NCBI GenBank assembly: GCA_018052735.1
Contig: JAGPMT010000004.1
Coordinates: forward strand, 96,558-160,557
Source: Phycisphaerae bacterium
GTDB taxonomy: Bacteria > Planctomycetota > Phycisphaerae > Sedimentisphaerales > Anaerohalosphaeraceae
DNA length: 64,000 nt
Direction: 5' to 3'
Of this stretch, positions 38,425 through 45,376 are shown piece after piece. Below the pieces are notes generated by a model, which had not been told where the DNA came from, searched no databases, and saw only the letters and a program-made list of their open reading frames with translations. Both the position numbers and the translations under genes were made by a program. Numbering within the stretch: position 1 is the stretch's first letter; each line of letters starts with the position of its first letter.

Positions 38425-39231
38425 TCAATCAGGATCCTTGAAGTTAACCATCCATTCAGGCCATTGAGGCAGAGGTTTTGAAGTATCAAAACCTTTGTGC
38501 CATTTGAGCCGCCACAATTCCTTAGGGCTTACTGCAGAAACATCGCCATTAGGAAAAAGCACATTGAGCATGTTTCGATGCCAATCCACACAGAATCGCT
38601 GCATCTGGTTGTCAGGCTGGGCAGCCCACTGGGTATTTAATAAATAGTCTCTGCTTTGCGGAGGTACATCACTATCTTCAGGACGTCCGGTGTACCATAA
38701 GGCATCCAGAAACAGCGGGATTTTATAGCCGCCCACTACATCGATTGTCCGCCAGCTGTATTGGGTATCATGTCCTTCTGTCTGGATAACTTCAGGGGGA
38801 GTATCGCAGACCCACCCATTTAATCCATAGCTGCCTGAAAGAATAGTCTCTGCCTGTCCTGATTGGGAAGTGCTTTTTCCCGTTCCGTATGTTTGACGTG
38901 CAGCCGGACAAAACTTTAGTTTCGGGGTATCATAATACGCCTGCATCGCATACGGCCACAGGTCTGCACTGCGGCTTTGCAGTAAAACGCCGCTTGGATC
39001 AGCATAGGAATAATATCCTGCAAAAAAGCGGCCGTCGTGGTCTTCAGCGTACAAGGTAAACAATTCTCCCCACTGCGACAGATTAGCCATACATAGCACC
39101 TTTCTTGCCTGTTCTCTGGTTGCCCTGAGAGCCGGCAGAACAATCGACATCAGCATAGCAATGAGACTAATAACAACCAGCAGTTCGACTAAGGTAAAAG
39201 CAGTTTTCTTGCGATGGACATTTGCTTTCAT
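38425..39231 (-). CDS. Prepilin-type N-terminal cleavage/methylation protein, DUF1559-like (PVC-type major pseudopilin candidate)
   Basis: KKTAFTLVELLVVISLIAMLMSIVLPAL is a class III signal with Glu+5. The 268-aa size and Trp/Tyr-rich C-terminus are typical of planctomycete DUF1559 proteins. Confidence 0.8.
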   Translation of the reverse strand: MKANVHRKKTAFTLVELLVVISLIAMLMSIVLPALRATREQARKVLCMANLSQWGELFTLYAEDHDGRFFAGYYSYADPSGVLLQSRSADLWPYAMQAYYDTPKLKFCPAARQTYGTGKSTSQSGQAETILSGSYGLNGWVCDTPPEVIQTEGHDTQYSWRTIDVVGGYKIPLFLDALWYTGRPEDSDVPPQSRDYLLNTQWAAQPDNQMQRFCVDWHRNMLNVLFPNGDVSAVSPKELWRLKWHKGFDTSKPLPQWPEWMVNFKDPD

Positions 39232-39234
39232 GGC

Positions 39235-39729
39235 TTATATCTCTTTTTTGATAAAGTAAACATGTGTTTGTTGGAATTTCTGTTTGGATTGACCAAGGAT
39301 AGGCCGCTCGTTCCAGACAGCAAGTTCCAGAGCAATCGGCCCCTGTTCGTTTTTCCATACAATCCATTTAAGATACACATTCGGCAGTTCCCAGACATCT
39401 TCCTTTCGGTCCCTCGGCAGATTGGATTGACGAACGACTTTGCCGTCTGCCAAGCAATAACTCACTAATCCGCCGGCCTGCTTAAGAATAAGCAGATTGC
39501 TGCTGATGCGGGGATCCATCTCTATGACAGATAAATGATCCGAATGCTCCACATCCTCTTGAAGATGCTTGAGCATATGAAGCGTCTGCGTCAGTGTTTG
39601 ATAGTCCTTATAGCTTCGGGGCAGCTCTGAAATAATTTGGTGCATCGGTTTGGTCAGCAGTGCCATCATAACAACAAGTGCTGCCAGCACAGCCAGCATC
39701 TCCATTATTGTATAGCCCTTGAGCTTCAC
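39235..39729 (-). CDS. Prepilin-type pseudopilin
   Basis: GTG start overlapping the upstream stop (GTGA). MKLKGYTIMEMLAVLAALVVMMALL has G|YTIME with Glu+5. Confidence 0.65.
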   Translation of the reverse strand: MKLKGYTIMEMLAVLAALVVMMALLTKPMHQIISELPRSYKDYQTLTQTLHMLKHLQEDVEHSDHLSVIEMDPRISSNLLILKQAGGLVSYCLADGKVVRQSNLPRDRKEDVWELPNVYLKWIVWKNEQGPIALELAVWNERPILGQSKQKFQQTHVYFIKKEI

Positions 39730-40130
39730 TGTTTGAGCTCCTTTTGTGCTGCAACATAGCGGACCAAAGAGGTCTTAACCGTTTTCCTTCCTGATTTTGC
39801 AGACAGAGTCAGCTGAATTCTTTGAAGTCCCTGCCATTGCCCCTCCCCCTCAGTTATGTCAATACGGCAGTCAACATTCGGCCAGAGGCAGGCAAACGTA
39901 TCCTTGGCAATAGGTTTTCCAGTAATGTCCAAAGCATCCATCTGAGCCTGCCCAGCAGCAAGCAGCGTATGCCGAATCCAGCGCAGGTCATTTGCTTTCT
40001 TAAATGTACCCCCGACAGCTGCCAGAGCACCTATCAGGATTGTCAGCACACTGATAGCAGTTATCAATTCAAAGCTTAACACGCCAAACCGTTTTTTGTG
40101 CGCGTGAAATCTAAAACTAAAATTTTTCAT
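39726..40130 (-). CDS. Prepilin-type pseudopilin
   Basis: ATG 40130 overlaps the upstream stop (ATGA). KKRFGVLSFELITAISVLTILIGAL has G|VLSFE with Glu+5. The longer track ORF was rejected. Confidence 0.65.
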   Translation of the reverse strand: MKNFSFRFHAHKKRFGVLSFELITAISVLTILIGALAAVGGTFKKANDLRWIRHTLLAAGQAQMDALDITGKPIAKDTFACLWPNVDCRIDITEGEGQWQGLQRIQLTLSAKSGRKTVKTSLVRYVAAQKELKQ

Positions 40131-41596
40131 AAAAACATCTCGATTATTTTCACCATCGGCAAATACATTCCTGCAATCACAAATCCCACAAAACAACCAA
40201 GACCCACAATTATCAATGGACAGCATACAGCATTCATCAGATTGATTCGATAGTGGTATCGGCTTCGGTATAGATGCTCGAGGGCATCAAGAATCTGCGG
40301 TGTATTGCCCTTATTGATAGATTCATCAAAGGACCAAATCAAGGCCTTGTCAAAGCCGCACTGCTGGGCGGATTTTGCAATATTTTGCCCCTCCTCCACT
40401 CGACTAAGCCACTGCTCGAGCCGTTTTCGAAAACACCAATTCATATCGAGGTCCAGCGCATTTTGAATTACAGTATTGACAGGCCAGCCGGCCTGCAGCC
40501 CTACTTTCAGCATTTCAATCAGCTGCAGATGTGCTCGCGTTTTCTCAAACCAATGTATCACAGGCAGATGCCACTTGAACCAATCGCTCAGACGGTTTGT
40601 CAGACTAAGACGCCCGGACCTGCGGCGATAAATACTGCTGAATACACAACGTAAAACAATCAGCAGAATAACGGCGGCAATAACAGCTGCATTAAAACCT
40701 CTTGGCCCCATTATAAATTGCACTATTTGAAACAGTATCTGCGTGACGGCAGGCAATGCTGTCTGATGATCACTCAAATCTTCAAGAAGCTGTGCAAATT
40801 GGGGTATTATAAAAACAGCCAAACCCAATACAAAAAAAACTGCTGCAATCATAACCAGCAGCGGATACCAAGGATGAACCGGCCGAACTCGTCTGTAATT
40901 GTCCACTCTTTCGGTAATATCTGCCAAAATGGTTTCAATAGCATTCGGAAGCTGATTCATTTTTTCGCCACAGCGAACAGCAGCCAGCAGTTCCGGAGGG
41001 CACTTGGGATAGCCGCGGGTCAGTGCCTCCGAAAGCGTCCAGCCCTGCGTCAGCCATTCAGCAATATCTCTGAAGATGCGGGACCGCCGTTTTTTTTGAC
41101 CCTGTGCTGCAGCGTTCAATACCATCGGCAGCGGCAACGACTGCCGCATACTCATTCGGACAGCCGACAGAACATCCAGCGCCAGCGTATATCGGCAGGT
41201 CAGCTTGTAGCGAACAATTCCAACCACAACAAGAATAAACAGAACAATTCCTAAGATGTGAAATACTGCTGTTAAAAGGGCTAATAAAATCAGATATTTG
41301 AAAAGAATGATAACAATAATAGCAAACGACTTGTACCAAGGAGTTTCCAGATGACCGGCTGTCGGGACCAATCGCACCAGTACAATAGCTGCACAAAACA
41401 GACCTATCGCCATCACAACGATCCAGAAAGCCTCGTCAGTAATACCAGCAATAGCACCTCTGTCAAAATCAATTGCCGACAGGATCATACCAGCCATGGC
41501 AAACGGCAGTAAAATCAGTCCCAAAGCCGGTTTTTTCCAGATCAGAACGCAGAAGACAGCGAAAAAGATTAGATTTCCCAGATAAAGCATCCACAT
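40127..41596 (-). CDS. GspF/PilC-family platform protein paralogue with ~130-aa N-terminal polytopic extension
   Basis: 489 aa. About five hydrophobic helices precede two T2SSF-type repeats (..MRQSLPLPMVLNAAAQ..; ..MLKVGLQAGWPVNTVIQNAL..). C-terminal TM GFVIAGMYLPMVKIIEMF. Confidence 0.7.
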   Translation of the reverse strand: MWMLYLGNLIFFAVFCVLIWKKPALGLILLPFAMAGMILSAIDFDRGAIAGITDEAFWIVVMAIGLFCAAIVLVRLVPTAGHLETPWYKSFAIIVIILFKYLILLALLTAVFHILGIVLFILVVVGIVRYKLTCRYTLALDVLSAVRMSMRQSLPLPMVLNAAAQGQKKRRSRIFRDIAEWLTQGWTLSEALTRGYPKCPPELLAAVRCGEKMNQLPNAIETILADITERVDNYRRVRPVHPWYPLLVMIAAVFFVLGLAVFIIPQFAQLLEDLSDHQTALPAVTQILFQIVQFIMGPRGFNAAVIAAVILLIVLRCVFSSIYRRRSGRLSLTNRLSDWFKWHLPVIHWFEKTRAHLQLIEMLKVGLQAGWPVNTVIQNALDLDMNWCFRKRLEQWLSRVEEGQNIAKSAQQCGFDKALIWSFDESINKGNTPQILDALEHLYRSRYHYRINLMNAVCCPLIIVGLGCFVGFVIAGMYLPMVKIIEMFL

Positions 41597-41597
41597 A

Positions 41598-42797
41598 CTA
41601 CATCAAAACTTGAGTTATTTTTACCATCGGCAGAAACAAAGACAAGATAATCAGACCAATAATGCCGCCAAGGAGGATAATTAGCAGCGGCATCAGTACG
41701 GCCTGAAGCTGGGATTGGAGGGTATAGGTCTTGGCAGCATACAATTGCGCTAGCCCGTCCAAATTCTCCCTCAATTCATTCCGCTGCGATCCGAGCTGCA
41801 CCGAATAAAGAAACAAATGGCTGATTACGGAGCAGTTCAGGCCTGCCTCCATTACATTAAAGCCCTCGCGCAGCTGTCCGGCCAGCAGAACACAGTCCTG
41901 CTTGAGCCGCTCGCTGCCGGAAGATTGTCCAGCCAATTCGACCGCTGTATCCATCGTACAGCCGGCCTTGATTAAGGCCGACAGGGATTCTGCAAAGCGG
42001 GACATCAATCCGTTTCGATAAACCCGCCCCAAAAGCGGGATATTGTCCAGTACTTTCTCCTTAATTTGCCGGCCTTCCGGAGAAGCCGACAGCACTATCC
42101 AGAACAAAATACAACCACCTATAAGGATGCCGGCTCCAATCCAAAATGACCAGATATGCTCGGCCAGATTTAAAAGAAAAACTGTCAGCATCGGAAGCCC
42201 CAATCTGCCATCCGACATGTCCCACATCAATTCGGCGAAAGCGGGAACAACCATTGTAAAAAGAAACGTTACCAGAATTGCTGCAATCAGCAAAATCATC
42301 AGCGGATAGGAGATTGCCTCTATCACAATTCTGCGGGTCCTATGCTCAACCTGCAAATGGCGGTTTAAGTTCGCCAGCATCTCATGCAGCCGGCCTGTTT
42401 CAATGCCTGCCTTAAATATCATATTGTACAGCGGCGGAAAGTGTTTCTGCCGTTTTTCTATGGCTTTGTCAATCGGAATTCCCTGCTCAAGATCATCGGC
42501 AATGCTGTTGAGTAAGCTTTTCATTCGGCCAGAACCTGCATCGTGGGCCAGTTCACGCAATCCTCGCTCCAGCGGAATGCCGGCCTTGGTCAGTGAGGCA
42601 AGCTGTTCATTGAAGAGCATAAATTCGCTGCGGCCGACAGGATGCGGAGCCGGCGCCGGCTTGGCCTGCTCCAGTTCGGTCACTTGCAGGCCCAGTTCCT
42701 CCAGCGATATCCGGGCCTGATCTATATTGGCCGCTTCAATGGTTCCGGTCATCAGACGCCCTGCTTTCGTACAAGACCGATATTCAAATAATGCCAT
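41598..42797 (-). CDS. gspF: GspF/PilC-family inner-membrane platform protein (canonical length)
   Basis: 399 aa. F.Y....G....G.I.A type N-terminus (MALFEYRSCTKAGRLMTGTIEA), two T2SSF repeats, and C-terminal LFLPMVKITQVL. Confidence 0.8.
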   Translation of the reverse strand: MALFEYRSCTKAGRLMTGTIEAANIDQARISLEELGLQVTELEQAKPAPAPHPVGRSEFMLFNEQLASLTKAGIPLERGLRELAHDAGSGRMKSLLNSIADDLEQGIPIDKAIEKRQKHFPPLYNMIFKAGIETGRLHEMLANLNRHLQVEHRTRRIVIEAISYPLMILLIAAILVTFLFTMVVPAFAELMWDMSDGRLGLPMLTVFLLNLAEHIWSFWIGAGILIGGCILFWIVLSASPEGRQIKEKVLDNIPLLGRVYRNGLMSRFAESLSALIKAGCTMDTAVELAGQSSGSERLKQDCVLLAGQLREGFNVMEAGLNCSVISHLFLYSVQLGSQRNELRENLDGLAQLYAAKTYTLQSQLQAVLMPLLIILLGGIIGLIILSLFLPMVKITQVLM

Positions 42798-42800
42798 AGA

Positions 42801-44033
42801 TTATTCCTTTGCATGGGACATAAGGCGGATTTTATATCGGAATGCCGACGGCATCGGCTCGCGGAGGACGTCGGCTGTCTGGAGGATATAGGCATCCTCC
42901 TGCCTGTAATAAATCAGAGGTCTTTTTGTTACAGGATCACAGGGCAGACGTATTTCTGTTATCTCACCCAGTGAGTTTGGTAAAAGGCCATCATAGACAG
43001 ATGCATAATATCGCAATCCCTCTATGCATTCGAGAACCGCAATAAAACGATCGATCTGCTGACACATTTGTTCGGCTTGTCTGCTCGTATAGACAGGCAG
43101 GGTTTCTTGTTGCGTCCTGATCTCATTGACATCCGGTATTGCTGCAGTGCCATCGGATAGCATCTCCATCATCGGATTAAACTGTCCGGTCTTCTTGTGA
43201 TCCGGTGCATCTGTACTGTCTGCGACTAAAAAAGGCATCGGCAAATCCTGCAGAGACCGATAGAGACTTGGTGCACCGGGAGTCTGAATCCATAGTTCGA
43301 TCTGGGTGAGGATTGCAGCAGCGTTGGCGGCTGCCATCATAGCCAGCTGGGGATTTGAGCGGCACACCATTTGCCGGCTGATGCTGAGGCCGGATTGAAG
43401 CCATTCTGCAGCGCTATTATACTCCCGCCGGACAATATGATACCGAGCTTTGAGGGCTGTCAGCCTGCCGTATCGATAAATATCCATAAGAAAATCAAGA
43501 TATTCCTTCGGCGTCAAAGTAAACAGCGCTGATTCATCCGGATGAACCGCCGATACCGGATAACTGTTTATAGGAGAGTGGCTGTCCAGAGCTGGCCACT
43601 CAATATTTCTGCAGATGCTTGCTTTCTGGAGCAGTTGAAGTCTATCACGACAGCGTTCAAGCTCAGTGGCTACGGCTTTTATGTCCAGTTGCTCAGCCGG
43701 CAGACTAATCTGCTGTTCTATCAATTCGAAGTCGGGATTTTTTTCCGGTTGATTCGGGTCTTCTGTGAATACCTGCAAATAAATCGGCAGCGAAGCTTCA
43801 TTTGTCAGATCGGTCTTTAACGGCAGCAGATGAAACATTGGCCGGCCGATGTCCGCCGCTGGCGTCAGTTCCACAATCTTCATTGCTGAAGCAGAAATCC
43901 ATTGCAGAATGTTTGGGTCTGCAGGTCCCCTTGCAGGTAATATATTGGGCTTCGGTTCTGCCTGATTGGGGGCATCGGCCAAACTGCAGACACAGACGGT
44001 TAAAATCAACAATAAAGAAAACGCTTTTCTCAT
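42801..44033 (-). CDS. Signal-peptide protein of unknown function embedded in the secretion/filament operon
   Basis: 410 aa. MRKAFSLLLILTVCVCSLADA signal. No domain recognised. 3-nt gap to gspF. Confidence 0.5.
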   Translation of the reverse strand: MRKAFSLLLILTVCVCSLADAPNQAEPKPNILPARGPADPNILQWISASAMKIVELTPAADIGRPMFHLLPLKTDLTNEASLPIYLQVFTEDPNQPEKNPDFELIEQQISLPAEQLDIKAVATELERCRDRLQLLQKASICRNIEWPALDSHSPINSYPVSAVHPDESALFTLTPKEYLDFLMDIYRYGRLTALKARYHIVRREYNSAAEWLQSGLSISRQMVCRSNPQLAMMAAANAAAILTQIELWIQTPGAPSLYRSLQDLPMPFLVADSTDAPDHKKTGQFNPMMEMLSDGTAAIPDVNEIRTQQETLPVYTSRQAEQMCQQIDRFIAVLECIEGLRYYASVYDGLLPNSLGEITEIRLPCDPVTKRPLIYYRQEDAYILQTADVLREPMPSAFRYKIRLMSHAKE

Positions 44034-44063
44034 ATATCAGATGAACCTCATTTCTGTTTCGAT

Positions 44064-45212
44064 TTACACTCCGCAGACACGGCGGATTTCATCTTCGGTG
44101 GTAATGCCGCGGCTGACCAGCCGCCGCCCATCGTGCATCAGATTCATATGACCGCGGGAAGCCAGAATGGCATCCAGCGTTTCCATATCGCTGCGGTCGA
44201 GAATCGCCTTGCGCAGCATCCCGTCAAGCTCTACCATCTCTGCAATCAGTACCCGCCCATGATAGCCTGTCATATGACACCGAGAGCAGCCGACCGCTTC
44301 GTAAGCTCCATCAGGCAACTGCCTTTTGCAGCTGTCGCATAGTTTTCTAACCAGACGCTGGTTAAGAACCGCATGTATACCCGATGTAACCTGATACGGT
44401 TCAATGCCCATCTCCAGCAGACGCAGCAGCGCACCGCTGCAGCTGCCGCTGTGCATCGTTGTCATCAGCAGGTGTCCGGTCAATCCGGCTTCTACTGCAA
44501 TTCTGGCCGTTTCAGCATCCCGAATCTCGCCTATCATCAGCACTTGCGGGTCTTGACGCAGCAGTGACCGCAGCGCCATGGGAAAGGACATCTGACCCTG
44601 CGGCTCTATTTGAACCTGAGTAATCCCTTCAATGGCCCGTTCGACAGGATCTTCCAATGTCACGATGCTGTTGCCGGGAAATTGCTGCAAAATATAGCGC
44701 AGCAATGCGGCCAAGGTTGTACTCTTGCCGCTTCCAGCCGGTCCAGTCAGCAGAAGAATACCCTGATTTCTGCAGGCAAACTTCCGCAAAGCGGATTCGA
44801 TGAAGTCATTAAGGCCAAGTTCATCCAGCTGCATCAGGCCGCGATTTTCATAAAAGATTCGAACCACTGCCCGCTGCCCATAAATCGTCGGGAAAACTGC
44901 CAGCCGCAAGTCTGTAATAGTCCCGGCTTCCGACGCCACAGAGATATCCTTGAATCCCTCCATCCGGCCTTCCTGAGGGATATCGTTGCGGTAGGTCAGA
45001 AGTCCGGCCAAGACTTTTAATCGGGCTATGATATTTTCACTGATTGCCTTTGGCAGCGTTTCCACCGTATTAAGCGACCCGTCAAGTCTGAATTTAACCA
45101 GCAATGACTTGGCAGTCGGTTCAAAGTGGACATCGCTTGCCCCATATCGAATGGCTTCCGAGAGAAGTTGTTCAACTAATGCTGCAACGTTAGGTTGTGA
45201 TGTCTGATTCAT
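44064..45212 (-). CDS. gspE: GspE/PilB-family secretion ATPase, short form
   Basis: ASDVHFEP, Walker A GPAGSGKST, TLEDPVE, Walker B VLMIGEIRD, His box TGHLLMTTMHS, and zinc motif CDSC...CSRC. ATG 45212 was preferred over GTG 45245 because of the predicted TSS. Confidence 0.85.
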   Translation of the reverse strand: MNQTSQPNVAALVEQLLSEAIRYGASDVHFEPTAKSLLVKFRLDGSLNTVETLPKAISENIIARLKVLAGLLTYRNDIPQEGRMEGFKDISVASEAGTITDLRLAVFPTIYGQRAVVRIFYENRGLMQLDELGLNDFIESALRKFACRNQGILLLTGPAGSGKSTTLAALLRYILQQFPGNSIVTLEDPVERAIEGITQVQIEPQGQMSFPMALRSLLRQDPQVLMIGEIRDAETARIAVEAGLTGHLLMTTMHSGSCSGALLRLLEMGIEPYQVTSGIHAVLNQRLVRKLCDSCKRQLPDGAYEAVGCSRCHMTGYHGRVLIAEMVELDGMLRKAILDRSDMETLDAILASRGHMNLMHDGRRLVSRGITTEDEIRRVCGV

Positions 45213-45252
45213 AAATTTTTTTCCAAAAATATATTGGGCTTTCACAGAAACG

Positions 45253-45279
45253 GACGACCAGCAAGTCCCTTTTGTTACC
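45253..45279 (-). promoter_or_regulatory. ECF-type promoter GGTAAC-N17-CGTC of the gspE operon
   Basis: Minus-strand GGTAAC at 45279-45274, a 17-nt spacer, and CGTC at 45256-45253. The pattern is identical to 48223-48249. It lies between the upstream terminator and the ATPase start. Confidence 0.55.
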
Positions 45280-45310
45280 TAAAAAGAGCAAAAAAATCCA
45301 ACTCCCATAA

Positions 45311-45352
45311 ACAAAAAGGCCTGTCGTCAAAAGAATCAAGGACAGGCCTTTT
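45311..45352 (-). terminator. Intrinsic terminator of the 887-aa beta-helix gene
   Basis: GGCCTGTC (45318-45325) pairs with GACAGGCC (45341-45348). On the minus strand it is followed by TTTTTGTTT. Confidence 0.7.
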
Positions 45353-45376
45353 ACGAAAAATCAGACTAATTTAAAG

